DNA of 64,000 bases from an uncultured candidate division Zixibacteria bacterium (GTDB lineage Bacteria > Zixibacteria > MSB-5A5 > GN15 > FEB-12), in the NCBI GenBank assembly GCA_963664195.1, contig OY760907.1, positions 800,001 to 864,000 on the forward strand. The letters are read 5' to 3'. The notes beneath the pieces were generated by a model that ran no database searches, had not been told where the DNA came from, and saw only the letters and a program-made list of their open reading frames with translations. Shown here piece after piece: positions 50,771 through 61,518 of the stretch (positions are counted from its first letter, which is position 1; every line of letters starts with the position of its first letter). Made by a program: the position numbers and the translations under genes.

Positions 50771-51625
50771 CTATCTTTTCTTGTAGTCGTAGAAGCCACG
50801 TCCGGCTTTCTTGCCCATGTATCCCGCATTCACCATTCGGCGCAACAGCGGCGGTGCCGAATAGTGTGCATCTTTGAACTCATCGAACATGATATCAGCA
50901 ATGTAGAGGATCGTGTCCAGTCCGATAAAATCAGTGAGTGTAAGCGGTCCCATTGGATGCCCACAACCGAGCATCATGGCGTTGTCGATATCCTCGCGTG
51001 TGGCCAGCCCGCGTTCCAACTGACGAACGGCATCAAGGAGATACGGCACCAACAGCACGTTGGCCACAAACCCCGGCGAGTCCTTGGCAGTGACACAGGT
51101 CTTGCCGACCGATTCGGCGAAGTCAAACGCAATCTTGAATGTCTCTTCCGAAGTGTCAATCGTTTTGACAACTTCGCACAGCTTCATAATCGGCACCGGG
51201 TTGAAAAAGTGCAGGCCGACAAACAGAGGCTGACGGTTGGTGACGGCCGCCATATCACCGATTGAGAGCGACGACGTATTCGAGGCAAAGATCGTCTCCG
51301 GCTTGCAGATACCGTCCAACTTCCTGTAAACCTCTTGTTTGACCTCGAGATTCTCGATGACCGCTTCACAGACGATATCGCAATCAGTCAAGTCTTCGAG
51401 TTTGGTCGTGCCTTTGATATTGCCCAGGACTTTGTCCTTGAACGACTGATCGGCTCTGCCTTTTTCTATGGCCTTGTCGAGCGACCTGGTGATGTATCCG
51501 AGCCCCCTTTTGAAGGCTTCTTCAGTGACTTCGCACGCAACGATGTTGTATCCTGCTCCTGCGGCCACCTGACCAATTCCGGATCCCATCTGGCCGAATC
51601 CTACAATTCCGACGTTCTCAATCAT
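50771..51625 (-). CDS. hbd: 3-hydroxybutyryl-CoA dehydrogenase
   Basis: GFGQMGSGI, SNTSSL, GLHFFNPVP, HPMGPL, GKKAGRGFY. Confidence 0.94.
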   Translation of the reverse strand: MIENVGIVGFGQMGSGIGQVAAGAGYNIVACEVTEEAFKRGLGYITRSLDKAIEKGRADQSFKDKVLGNIKGTTKLEDLTDCDIVCEAVIENLEVKQEVYRKLDGICKPETIFASNTSSLSIGDMAAVTNRQPLFVGLHFFNPVPIMKLCEVVKTIDTSEETFKIAFDFAESVGKTCVTAKDSPGFVANVLLVPYLLDAVRQLERGLATREDIDNAMMLGCGHPMGPLTLTDFIGLDTILYIADIMFDEFKDAHYSAPPLLRRMVNAGYMGKKAGRGFYDYKKR

Positions 51626-51653
51626 GCACCACTCCTTTTTGCATTCTCAATCG

Positions 51654-52139
51654 CTACCGATCTCTTTTGACCAGCCGCATCATTTTCAGTCCCTCTATAT
51701 GCGCCGCCGTGCCCGTTATCTCAAACCCGGCCTTCACACAGCAACCGAGAGCTTCCTGGCTGTCATGGTAGAGGTTGATCAACACTTTGGCGATACCGGG
51801 CCGGGTAGCTCCCAGATCGTACAGCAGTTGGAGCATCTTTGTCCCGTAACCCTTCGAGCGCGAATACGTTTCCACTATCAAGTGCGTGATCTCTATCGCC
51901 TGCTCCGCTTTGCGTTCCCACAACTCACCGTAGGCAATCGGCTTACGGTCCGCAAGCAGCAGGAAGGAGTTCACGCCCTTGCGCTGCCAACTCTCGATGA
52001 TATCCTCCGGAGGCGGAAAATTGATCCCCCGGCAGACCAGGTCGTAGGTTTCGGGCGTATCGATCCACGAACGCACAATGCCCGAATATTCTTTGGAGTA
52101 CGGAATCAGGTCAGCCCTGGCCCGGGTGGGTTCATCCAT
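51654..52139 (-). CDS. GNAT acetyltransferase
   Basis: AYGELW, RSKGYGTKML, KAGF. Confidence 0.82.
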   Translation of the reverse strand: MDEPTRARADLIPYSKEYSGIVRSWIDTPETYDLVCRGINFPPPEDIIESWQRKGVNSFLLLADRKPIAYGELWERKAEQAIEITHLIVETYSRSKGYGTKMLQLLYDLGATRPGIAKVLINLYHDSQEALGCCVKAGFEITGTAAHIEGLKMMRLVKRDR

Positions 52140-52249
52140 GTCTTGAAATCCTCATGTGACTCAGGTTGAAAAAGTATAACGAAAAAGTACCTCCCGATCA
52201 ACCGGAGGCTGCCATTATTTGCTGTCGGGACTGCACTTATAGGGCACAA

Positions 52250-52278
52250 TTGACTTCCCGGACCCGTTTGGCTATATA
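52250..52278 (+). promoter_or_regulatory. Putative promoter of the acyl-CoA dehydrogenase gene
   Basis: TTGACT-17 bp-TATATA, followed by an AGGAG RBS. Confidence 0.5.
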
Positions 52279-52317
52279 CACGCAAATGAACGTAGAACGT
52301 AACAGGAGCATGAATCG

Positions 52318-53520
52318 ATGATAGACTATTCATATACCGAAAATCAGTTGATGGTCCGCGATATGGCCCGCGAACTTGCCGCCAAAATGATTATCCCCAG
52401 CATCACTGAATACGACCGGGCCCAGAAGCTCAACCCGGATCTCCTCCCGGCCATGGCCGAGGCAAACCTGCTCGGATTCTGTATTCCGGAGGCCTACGGC
52501 GGTCTGGGGATGGATTACATCTCCCTGGGGCTTGCTTCCGAAGAGATGGAGTACGGTGACACCTCGGCGCGCGTGGCTCTCTCGGTGCATATCGGTCTGT
52601 ATTCTCTACCGATCCTGACCTGGGCCAACGAGGAACAGAAGCAGAAATATCTGACTCCGGCCGCAAAGGGCGAGAAAATCGGCACGTTCGGGTTGACCGA
52701 ACCGGCGGCCGGTTCTGACGTTGTGGGACTACAGTCTACGGCCGTCAAGGACGGTGACGGGTACATTCTCAACGGCGAGAAGATGTGGATTTCCCTGGCC
52801 GATGTAGCTGACTATTTCCTTGTTTTCGCCTGGACCGATCTGGAGAAGAAGAGAAACCGTGATCATAGCGGCATTTCCGCGTTTATCGTAGAGAAGGCAT
52901 GGGAAGGTGTCTCGACTGCCACCATCCACGGCAAACTGGGTGTCCGAGCCGGCAACACCGGTTCTATCGCGTTTCAGGATGTCAAAGTGCCGGCTGCGAA
53001 CCTGGTCTACGAGGAAGGTCAGGGATTCAAGATTGCCATGTTCTGTCTCGATCAGGGACGGTACACAGTGGCGGCCGGATCATGCGGGCTTATCAAGGCT
53101 TGTCGCGATGCCTGTGTGAAGTACTCTTTTGAGCGTCACACGTTCACCAAGGCCATCGCCGAGCACCAGTTGGTGAAACAGATGATTGCCAACATGGAAG
53201 CCGGTTACCAATACTCCACCCTTCTGTGGCAAAAGGCCGGCTGGCTAAAGAACCAGGGCCTGCGCAGCACCAAAGAGACGTCGCTGGCCAAGTGGATAGC
53301 CTGCAGAGAGGCGGAAGCATCCTCGGCTAATGCCGTCCAGGTCTTTGGTGCTTACGGTTTCTCCGATGAATACCCGGTGGAGCGGTTCTATCGCAACTCG
53401 AAAGGCGCATCTATCTACGAAGGCACTCGCGAAGTACACACGCTTATGCAAGCCGACTACGTGCTTGGATTGCGGAAGGATAAGGAGCTGGAACGCGACC
53501 TGCCTGAAGTAAGCCAATAG
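52318..53520 (+). CDS. Acyl-CoA dehydrogenase
   Basis: FGLTEPAAGSD, NGEKMWIS, KLGVRA, IYEGT. Confidence 0.95.
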   Translation: MIDYSYTENQLMVRDMARELAAKMIIPSITEYDRAQKLNPDLLPAMAEANLLGFCIPEAYGGLGMDYISLGLASEEMEYGDTSARVALSVHIGLYSLPILTWANEEQKQKYLTPAAKGEKIGTFGLTEPAAGSDVVGLQSTAVKDGDGYILNGEKMWISLADVADYFLVFAWTDLEKKRNRDHSGISAFIVEKAWEGVSTATIHGKLGVRAGNTGSIAFQDVKVPAANLVYEEGQGFKIAMFCLDQGRYTVAAGSCGLIKACRDACVKYSFERHTFTKAIAEHQLVKQMIANMEAGYQYSTLLWQKAGWLKNQGLRSTKETSLAKWIACREAEASSANAVQVFGAYGFSDEYPVERFYRNSKGASIYEGTREVHTLMQADYVLGLRKDKELERDLPEVSQ

Positions 53521-53600
53521 AGGGCAGCCTTTTAGAACAGGGCCACAATCAGCGTAAACTGTGCCTTTATCCTGCCGATATTCCTTGTGAAGGACTATCA

Positions 53601-53831
53601 ATGGCAGAAAAGACAACTAAAACTGTTTCCGGGCACACGGCGAACTATCTGGTAAGCAATTATCTGGACCTCAGGGATGTGATCTATACCGTTGACAGGA
53701 TGATCATGGAGTCGTCTGGTGAGCGGGACAAGGCAATGCTTCGTCGTGGCTGTCTGCTATCAGTTCTCCCTCTCAAAGATCGTGACGCGTACATCGTACG
53801 TATCAAGCTGCACAAGTTGATCGGCTTGTAA
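53601..53831 (+). CDS. Small hypothetical protein
   Basis: 76 aa, GAAGGA RBS; fills the gap between acd and the convergent glmS. Confidence 0.6.
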   Translation: MAEKTTKTVSGHTANYLVSNYLDLRDVIYTVDRMIMESSGERDKAMLRRGCLLSVLPLKDRDAYIVRIKLHKLIGL

Positions 53832-53841
53832 CGGGTCTCGC

Positions 53842-55668
53842 CTATTCCACCGTCACTGACTTGGCCAGATTGCGCGGCTGGTCGACATGACAACCCCTCC
53901 GCACTGCGATGTGGTAAGCCAGCAACTGAAGCGGGATCACCGAAAGCAGTGGCGTGAGCAGACGGTAAGTCTGCGGAATGTAAATCACGTGGTTGACACG
54001 TTCGGCGATCTCCGTATCCCCTTCGGTAGCAATCGCAATCACGCGGGCGTTCCTGGCGCGAACCTCGGCAATATTCGACATCACCTTGTCATACACGGGG
54101 TCCTTGAGCGCGATAACGACCACCGGCATTTTTTCATCGATCAGGGCAATTGGACCGTGCTTCATTTCTGCGGCGGGATATCCCTCGGCGTGAATATATG
54201 AGATTTCCTTCAGCTTCAGCGCACCTTCAAGCGCAACCGGGAAATTGATTCCACGCCCGAGATAGAGGAAATTGTTGGCCTTGTGGTACGTCTCTGCTAT
54301 TTCCTTGATTGGTTCCTCGTTGGCCAGGATCTGTTCGATCTGCCACGGGATGGCTTCCATAGCCTGAATCATCTCCTGCCCCTGTGGCACCGACCACTGG
54401 CGCATACGCCCGAGAATATTGCTGATAAGCGACAGCACCATCACCTGTGCCGTGAAGGCTTTGGTCGACGCGACCCCGATTTCCGGGCCGGCGTGGAGAT
54501 ACACGCCACCATCGGATTCACGGGCAATGGTTGAGCCTACCACATTGACCAATCCAAGAGCGGTCGCGCCACGTTTTTTCGCCTCGCGCATGGCAGCCAG
54601 AGTGTCAGCGGTCTCGCCCGACTGTGAGATAGCAAACAGGACAGTCTTGTCAGTCACGATCGGCGACCGATACCGGAACTCGGAGGCGTACTCAACTTCA
54701 GTAGGCACGCGGGCGATTTCCTCGATCATGTACTTGCCTATCTGAGCCGAATGCCAGGAAGTGCCACAGGCAGTAATAATGACGCGCTCGATGTCACGAA
54801 GTTCGTCGTACTGAAGATTCAGACCGTTGAGGCGGGCAATTCCGTCCTCGTGATTGAGCCGTCCGCGAATGGCGTTGCGAAGCGTGGTTGGCTGCTCATG
54901 GATTTCCTTGAGCATGAAATGATCATATCCCTCTTTCTCGATCATGTCGAGCGTCCAGGAAATCTCCTGAATGGAGGGAGTGATTATCTTATTCTGAATC
55001 GTAGTGATTTTGTACTCGTCAGGCGTGATGGTCGCGATTTCACCGTCTTCGAGATACACGACTTTGTTCGTGTGCGCGAGCATAGCGGAAACATCGGAGG
55101 CGACCAGGTTTTCCCCGTCGCCCAAGCCGAGTACCAGCGGCGAGCCCATCCGGGCAGCTACGATCAGATCAGGATGATGTGAGGACACGACTGCAATACC
55201 ATAGGTGCCGTCAACCTGCGTAAGGGCATCTCTCACCGCTTCTTCGAGATTCCCCTGGTATTGCATGGCAATCAACTGCACGAGAATCTCCGTGTCAGTC
55301 TGGGTCTGCACCTCGACGCCCTTACGGGCGAGAAATTCTTTGAGCGCACGATAATTCTCTATGATCCCGTTGTGCACGAGCGCGATTTCATGACTGTTGT
55401 CCGTGTGCGGATGCGCATTGACCTCAGACGGTTCACCGTGGGTGGCCCAACGAGTGTGAGCGATACCGTGGTTTGAAAGATACTCACGGTCTCCGAGGAC
55501 TTTCTCCAGTTCGACGATCTTGCCCACCGACTTCGACACCATCAGGCCATCGCGCATCAACAGGGCAATGCCGGCCGAATCGTAGCCGCGGTACTCCAGC
55601 CGCTTGATACCGTCGAGAAGAATGTCCTTGGCCTGCCGCTTACCTGTGTATCCGACTATTCCGCACAT
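53842..55668 (-). CDS. glmS: Glutamine-fructose-6-phosphate transaminase
   Basis: MCGIVGY, HTRWATHG, SQSGETADT, PRNLAKSVTVE. Confidence 0.99.
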   Translation of the reverse strand: MCGIVGYTGKRQAKDILLDGIKRLEYRGYDSAGIALLMRDGLMVSKSVGKIVELEKVLGDREYLSNHGIAHTRWATHGEPSEVNAHPHTDNSHEIALVHNGIIENYRALKEFLARKGVEVQTQTDTEILVQLIAMQYQGNLEEAVRDALTQVDGTYGIAVVSSHHPDLIVAARMGSPLVLGLGDGENLVASDVSAMLAHTNKVVYLEDGEIATITPDEYKITTIQNKIITPSIQEISWTLDMIEKEGYDHFMLKEIHEQPTTLRNAIRGRLNHEDGIARLNGLNLQYDELRDIERVIITACGTSWHSAQIGKYMIEEIARVPTEVEYASEFRYRSPIVTDKTVLFAISQSGETADTLAAMREAKKRGATALGLVNVVGSTIARESDGGVYLHAGPEIGVASTKAFTAQVMVLSLISNILGRMRQWSVPQGQEMIQAMEAIPWQIEQILANEEPIKEIAETYHKANNFLYLGRGINFPVALEGALKLKEISYIHAEGYPAAEMKHGPIALIDEKMPVVVIALKDPVYDKVMSNIAEVRARNARVIAIATEGDTEIAERVNHVIYIPQTYRLLTPLLSVIPLQLLAYHIAVRRGCHVDQPRNLAKSVTVE

Positions 55669-55683
55669 ACGTCCACCACATTT

Positions 55684-57042
55684 CTACCTGAAGAATTTCT
55701 GAATTCTCCTCAAAAGGTCACCTGTCATCTCTTCGCTGGAGGTCTCGACTATCAACCTGTATATCGGCTCAGTATTCGATTTACGTAACTGGAACCAGCC
55801 CTGTTGGAAATCGAACCGGAGACCATCGCGACGGTCAATTCTCGTCTTACCAACAAGCTCGTTGGCGAACTTCTCAAACCGTGACAGACGTGTGTCAAAG
55901 TCGTCCGGCAATGGAGCTTTCGTTTTTATAGTGCTGTACCCGGGGAAAGTTGCAACTAGATCGCTCAGAGTCTGCCTTCTCCCGGCCAGGGCCGACAACA
56001 CCAGCGCCGCGGCTACAAGTGAGTCCCTTCCGGCATGGAACTGCGGAAAGATCACTCCCCCGTTGCCCTCGCCGCCGATCACGGCTTTCTTTTGGTGCAT
56101 CATTTGCACGACATTCGCCTCACCGACTTTCGAATAATAGACTCGCGAGTTCATCGCTTTGGCAACATCGGCAGTGGCGCGCGAGGTCGACAGGTTTATC
56201 ACCGTCGGACCGTGAGTTTTGCGCAGCACTTCGAGTACGGCGATGGTCAGGGTCAACTCTTCGCTAACCGGCTGACCGGTGTCGTCAACCAGTGCAAGGC
56301 GATCGGCATCCGGGTCACAGGCCATCCCGAGGTCGGCCTTGTGCTTTTTCACCGCGCGACAGAGCTGGCTGAGGTTCTTCGGAGTTGGTTCCGGCTCATG
56401 CACGAAGTCACCGTCTGCCTTGCAGTTTATACGAATAACTTCGACGCCGAGCTTCTCCAGCATTTCAGGCAGGGCAAAGGATCCGGCACCGTTGATGGCA
56501 TCGACAACAACTCTGAACCTTGCCTTCTTGATTGCAGTCCTGCCGACTGTCTTCTGTGCGAGAGTCTTCTTGATATGTTCGCCGATCCATCTGTCCTGAA
56601 ACGTGATGCTCCCCAACTTCTCAACCGGTTTGAAGGCAAACTTCGCCGACTCAAATATCGAGTCGAGTTTCTTGTACTGCGCTGGCGTAATGAACTCGCC
56701 GGTGCTGTTGAAGAACTTCAGCGCGTTCCACGGCGCCGGGTTGTGCGAGGCGGTCACACAGATGCCACCGGCCGCTTTGAGAGCTTTAACCGCGATTTCC
56801 ACGGTTGGTGTCGGCACCACGCCGATGTCAATCACGTCTATACCGACTGAAATCAAGCCGGAGGTCACAGCGCGACGAACCATCTCTCCCGAAGGCCGAC
56901 TGTCGCTGCCAAGAATGATCGTTCCCTTATTCAGAAACGTTCCGAAAGCGGCTCCGTAGGAAGCAATCGTGATCGGATCGAGACCGTTACCTATAACGCC
57001 GCGAATTCCGGAAACCGATTTGACGAGTTGTATCTTTTTCAT
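55684..57042 (-). CDS. glmM: Phosphoglucosamine mutase (alpha-D-phosphohexomutase)
   Basis: SVSGIRG, TASHNP, DPDADR, GGEGNGG, SNTEP; directly upstream of glmS. Alternative TTG start at 57075. Confidence 0.85.
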   Translation of the reverse strand: MKKIQLVKSVSGIRGVIGNGLDPITIASYGAAFGTFLNKGTIILGSDSRPSGEMVRRAVTSGLISVGIDVIDIGVVPTPTVEIAVKALKAAGGICVTASHNPAPWNALKFFNSTGEFITPAQYKKLDSIFESAKFAFKPVEKLGSITFQDRWIGEHIKKTLAQKTVGRTAIKKARFRVVVDAINGAGSFALPEMLEKLGVEVIRINCKADGDFVHEPEPTPKNLSQLCRAVKKHKADLGMACDPDADRLALVDDTGQPVSEELTLTIAVLEVLRKTHGPTVINLSTSRATADVAKAMNSRVYYSKVGEANVVQMMHQKKAVIGGEGNGGVIFPQFHAGRDSLVAAALVLSALAGRRQTLSDLVATFPGYSTIKTKAPLPDDFDTRLSRFEKFANELVGKTRIDRRDGLRFDFQQGWFQLRKSNTEPIYRLIVETSSEEMTGDLLRRIQKFFR

Positions 57043-57071
57043 ATCTGTTGAATTGTATCCGTGTTCTATGT

Positions 57072-57875
57072 TCAATTCCTGCTGGTTTTCCCGTGACAGA
57101 GTATACGTTTCATGGCCTGATGTAAGTGCGAATTGGAAGCCAGTAAATCGTCATCGTATATGGAGTAAGCTTTTCCGTTCACTCGGGAGATTCTCCCACC
57201 GGCGTTTTCGACAAACAGCTTGGCGGCTGCCGTGTCCCACGGGTGGAGTTTCAGTTCCCAGAACCCGTCGATTCGCCCACAGGCGAGCCAGCACAAATCA
57301 AGTGCCGCTGATCCGGGACGACGGATCCCCTGTGCCTCTTTGGCCATGCGCGAAAACAAACCGAGGTTGTTTCTCCTGGCTGTGCCTATGTCGTAGGCAA
57401 ACCCGGTGGCGAGAAGCGCCCGCTCCAATCTCTTCTCCGATGATACAGAGATTACTCTGCCGTTGAGATACGCCTTCTGACCTTTTGCGCTCCAAAACAT
57501 CTCAGTCCGTTCGGGGTCATAGACTGCGCCGAGGATAATCTCACCCCGGTATTCAAGACCGATCGAGACACAGTACACCGGGAAGGCGTGGGAGAAATTG
57601 ACCGTACCGTCGAGCGGATCAATCACCCAGCGATAGTCTGACTTCTCGCCTGCCGCGCTGCCTTCTTCGGCAAGGATTTCGTGGCGAGGATATCGACGCG
57701 TGATCTTGTTCGTAATATACTCTTCGGATTTAAGATCGATTTCGGTGACAGGGTCGATCCGTCCCTTGTACTGAATCTTGATCGTACGATTGAATCCCCG
57801 GCGCAGAATGGCACCGGCTCCAATCGCCGTCTCACGGGCAAACAGGGTCAACTCCTTCAACTCGGTTTTTGTCAA
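57072..57875 (-). CDS. Inositol monophosphatase family protein (SuhB-like)
   Basis: EE, WVIDPLDGTVNF, GSAALDL, WDTAA. Confidence 0.93.
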   Translation of the reverse strand: MTKTELKELTLFARETAIGAGAILRRGFNRTIKIQYKGRIDPVTEIDLKSEEYITNKITRRYPRHEILAEEGSAAGEKSDYRWVIDPLDGTVNFSHAFPVYCVSIGLEYRGEIILGAVYDPERTEMFWSAKGQKAYLNGRVISVSSEKRLERALLATGFAYDIGTARRNNLGLFSRMAKEAQGIRRPGSAALDLCWLACGRIDGFWELKLHPWDTAAAKLFVENAGGRISRVNGKAYSIYDDDLLASNSHLHQAMKRILCHGKTSRN

Positions 57876-59698
57876 TGCCTCACCTCTGCAGAGTCTCTTC
57901 CTCCAGACTGAGGCTCCCGGGCAGCCTGTTTCCGGTACTGTAGCTGGTACAGCTTGTAATAAATGCCCTGTTTGCGCATCAGTTCGTCATGTCCGCCTAT
58001 TTCTCGAAGTTCACCGTGGTGCAATACAACAATCTTGTCCGCCTTTTCAATGGTGGACAAGCGGTGCGCTACGATAATCGATGTACGACCCTTTAGCAAC
58101 TCTTCGAGTCCGGTCTGGATCAGTTTTTCGGTCTCAGTATCCACTGAAGAAGTCGCTTCGTCAAGCATGAGTATGTCAGGATTGAACGCCAGCGCCCGGG
58201 CGAACGACAGCAGTTGTTTCTGCCCTGTCGATAACGTAGCGCCACGCTCTCTGATGGACGTGCGGACACCCTCGGGATATTGGCTCAGAAAACGGTCGAA
58301 TCCGACTCGACTCAACGCCGCTTTGACCTGTTCCTCAGATATTCTGTCGTCGCGCAACCCCACATTACCCACAATATCACCGCTAAAGATGAAGATGTCC
58401 TGTAACACGAGGGCCAGATGGCTTCGAAGCTCCTCAACGGGCAGTGCCTTCAGTTCGACACCGTCGAGCTTTATGGAGCCTTTCTGGAAATCATAGAATC
58501 TACACAGCAACGAAATGAGCGAGCTTTTGCCCGCGCCGGTTGCCCCGACAATGGCCACCGTCTCACCCGGTTCAACCGTGAACGAGACATCTCTGAGCAC
58601 CCAGTCGTCATCGTTGTAAGCAAACCAGAGGTTTTCGATCTCCAGTTTCCCGGTGAAACCGTTGCCTCTCACAGCCTGCGGAGAATCGACAATTGCCGGC
58701 TCGGTATCAAGCAACTGGAAAATACGCTCAGAGGAGGCCATGGACGCCTGAAGGATATTGTATTTCTCAGAGAGGTCACGAATCGGCCGATAGAACATTT
58801 CCACCAGCGTGATGAACGCCACCAGTTCGCCGAAAGTCAGCGCACCGGACTCGATCCGGAAACCGCCGAAATACAGCAGCAGCGCAATCGAGAAGGCGCC
58901 GATCACTTCAACCGTCGGGAAGAATATGGCATAGTAGTAAATCCCTCTCAGGTGGGTGCGGCGAAGATCCGAATTGATATTGTTGAACCGTTCGAATGTC
59001 CGTTCCTCACGGTTGAACAACTGGACGACTTTGATGCCGGTCAGGTGTTCCTGCATAAACGAATTCAACCGCGCGAGGCGGATACGAACGTTGCGGTAGA
59101 CATCGCGAACTTTGGCGCGGAATACAAACGTAGCCCCTACCAGCAACGGAATCACCGTAAACGTAATCAGCGCCAACTGCCAGTTGTAATACAGCAATGC
59201 GCCGACAATCAAGGCCAGCGTCAGGATGTCACCGATGATCGTCACTACGCCGGAAGAGAACATTTCATTGAGCGTGTTGACATCACTGGTGACGCGAGTC
59301 ACTAGCCGTCCGACAGGGTTTTTGTCGAAATAGGCCAAATGCAGCTTCTGCAAATGCGAGAACACTTCACAGCGGATGTCGTGCAAAACGCGCTGGCCCA
59401 GCCAGGCGGTGAGATAGGTTTGCGCGAAACGCACCAGCGAGTTCAGGGCCATTACGGCAATGAAGAGCAGAGCCAGCCCACCGAGACCGTCGGGGTTTTT
59501 GGGCACGATATAATCATCGATACCCTTCTGCATCAAGTACGGTACCGCCACCTGCAACAGCGAAAGCATCCCCAGCAGCGCTACTGACACGACTATGGCC
59601 CACCGGTACGGCTTGACATAAGCCAGCAGCCGTTTCATCAGGCGAGCATCATACGCCTTTCCGAGGGCCTCTTCTTCGTGGTAGCCGGCGGCCGACAT
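57872..59698 (-). CDS. Heterodimeric ABC exporter, subunit B
   Basis: TMD + NBD, GATGAGKS, LSTGQKQ, DEATSS, AHRL. Confidence 0.93.
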   Translation of the reverse strand: MSAAGYHEEEALGKAYDARLMKRLLAYVKPYRWAIVVSVALLGMLSLLQVAVPYLMQKGIDDYIVPKNPDGLGGLALLFIAVMALNSLVRFAQTYLTAWLGQRVLHDIRCEVFSHLQKLHLAYFDKNPVGRLVTRVTSDVNTLNEMFSSGVVTIIGDILTLALIVGALLYYNWQLALITFTVIPLLVGATFVFRAKVRDVYRNVRIRLARLNSFMQEHLTGIKVVQLFNREERTFERFNNINSDLRRTHLRGIYYYAIFFPTVEVIGAFSIALLLYFGGFRIESGALTFGELVAFITLVEMFYRPIRDLSEKYNILQASMASSERIFQLLDTEPAIVDSPQAVRGNGFTGKLEIENLWFAYNDDDWVLRDVSFTVEPGETVAIVGATGAGKSSLISLLCRFYDFQKGSIKLDGVELKALPVEELRSHLALVLQDIFIFSGDIVGNVGLRDDRISEEQVKAALSRVGFDRFLSQYPEGVRTSIRERGATLSTGQKQLLSFARALAFNPDILMLDEATSSVDTETEKLIQTGLEELLKGRTSIIVAHRLSTIEKADKIVVLHHGELREIGGHDELMRKQGIYYKLYQLQYRKQAAREPQSGGRDSAEVRH

Positions 59699-61464
59699 CA
59701 GAGATTCTCCAGTTCTTCGGCCAGAAGCTGCGAGTGATACAATCCGGCGTAATTGCCGCCCAACGCAATCAATTCCTCGTGTGTCCCCTGTTCGACAATG
59801 TGGCCGTTGTCAAGATAGATGATCACATCGGCAGATTTGACCGAGGAGATCCGGTGCGAGACGATCAGGGTTGTGAGCTGTCTCGTGCGTGCGCGGATGC
59901 GTTCGTTGATTTCGAACTCGGTCTCCGCGTCGACCGAGGCGGTGGCATCGTCGAGGATTAAGATCGATGGATCAATCATGATAGCACGGGCAATGGCGGT
60001 ACGCTGCTTCTGGCCTCCGGAAAGCGTAATGCCTCGCTCGCCCACTGTCGTTTCATACTTGGCTGGAAACGATTCGATATCTTTTGCCAGCGCCGCCGTT
60101 TGGGCCATCTCCCGGGTGAACTCCATCTCACCGTTGTCCGAACCAAACCGGATGTTTTCAGCCATCGTTGCCGAGAACAGAAACGGTTCCTGGGCGACAA
60201 ACCCAACCTGACCCCGCAAACGTGCCAGATCCCAGTCATTGATGTCTACATCATCGATAAAAAGCTGTCCCTGTTCAATCGGGTACAGGTGCGCAATCAG
60301 TGACACAAGCGTCGTTTTGCCGGAACCGGTCATGCCGACAATACCTAGCGTCTGGCCCGATTCGAGCGTCAGGTTTATGTCAGTCAGGACCGGCGTGTCG
60401 TTATAGGCAAAGCTCAGATTCCTGAATTCGATCTTCCCCTGTATCGTCTCCCGTCTCAGGGCACTGCCTCGATTGGCAATTTCTGGCTCCGTACGGAGAA
60501 CGCTGTTAATCCGATCCAGCGAGGCCGTCCCTCGCTGGTACAGCGACACCACCCAGCCGATAGCCATCAGCGGCCAGGTAAGCATACCCAGATAGAGAAA
60601 GAACGCCACAATAGTCGAAAGCTCGATCTCGCCGTTGATAACATCCATGCCTCCGTAATAGAGCACAACCAACGCCAGACCGGCAGCCACGAACTGAATG
60701 GCCGGGAAAAAGGCAGCGTGAAGCATCCCCATGCCGAGATTAAGCCGAAAGTATTCTCTGGACAAGGATGCGAAATGATCGCTTTCGTTTCCCTCCTGGC
60801 GGTAGGCCTTTACAAGGCGCACACCAGCCAGATTCTCCTGGGCCATAGCCGTCATGGCAGAGAAATGCTCCTGGATTTTAACGAATTTACGATGCACCAG
60901 ATTACCCAGCCGATTCATAACGATTGGCAGGAGAAGTGCCGGGATCAACGAGTACAATGTTAGCCTTGGCGATAGAATCACCATCATGGTGATAGCGCCG
61001 GTAGCCACGACCAGAGTATTCGATATCTGCATGATCGCCGGACCGGTCAACTGACGCACGGCTTCGAGATCGTTCGTGGCGCGGGCCATTATGTCACCGG
61101 TACGGTTCTTGTCGTAGAAGGACGGCGACAGGGTCATCAAGTGCTCGACAAGTTCGCTGCGAAGATCGTATTCGATCCATCTCGACATCCAGATGATCGT
61201 GCGGCGCATCGCAAAACGGCAAATCCCCGCGCAGATCGCCAGACCAACCATGGCCAACACCAAAAGCCCCACCTCACTCATCGGGGCTTTGTTTTCCAGA
61301 CGGTCGAAAATGACTTTGGTGAGATACGGATTGACGAGAAGCAAACCGTTGGCCCCCATGACCGAAATCCCCCCCAATATCAGATACCGCTTATAGCGGA
61401 CAAGATACTTCGTCAGGGTAGCAAATCGGGAAGGCCCTTTGCCGGCGCTTTGTTCAGACGGCAT
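59698..61464 (-). CDS. Heterodimeric ABC exporter, subunit A
   Basis: TMD + NBD, GMTGSGKT, LSGGQKQR, degenerate Walker B LDD. Confidence 0.93.
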   Translation of the reverse strand: MPSEQSAGKGPSRFATLTKYLVRYKRYLILGGISVMGANGLLLVNPYLTKVIFDRLENKAPMSEVGLLVLAMVGLAICAGICRFAMRRTIIWMSRWIEYDLRSELVEHLMTLSPSFYDKNRTGDIMARATNDLEAVRQLTGPAIMQISNTLVVATGAITMMVILSPRLTLYSLIPALLLPIVMNRLGNLVHRKFVKIQEHFSAMTAMAQENLAGVRLVKAYRQEGNESDHFASLSREYFRLNLGMGMLHAAFFPAIQFVAAGLALVVLYYGGMDVINGEIELSTIVAFFLYLGMLTWPLMAIGWVVSLYQRGTASLDRINSVLRTEPEIANRGSALRRETIQGKIEFRNLSFAYNDTPVLTDINLTLESGQTLGIVGMTGSGKTTLVSLIAHLYPIEQGQLFIDDVDINDWDLARLRGQVGFVAQEPFLFSATMAENIRFGSDNGEMEFTREMAQTAALAKDIESFPAKYETTVGERGITLSGGQKQRTAIARAIMIDPSILILDDATASVDAETEFEINERIRARTRQLTTLIVSHRISSVKSADVIIYLDNGHIVEQGTHEELIALGGNYAGLYHSQLLAEELENL

Positions 61465-61518
61465 ACGTAAATTCCAAAATCACGGTCAGGTTTGTGAGCT
61501 ATTAAACAGACCGGCAGA

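Noticed and set aside
55668..55684. glmS ribozyme
   Set aside because: Only 15 nt separate glmM and glmS, so there is no room.
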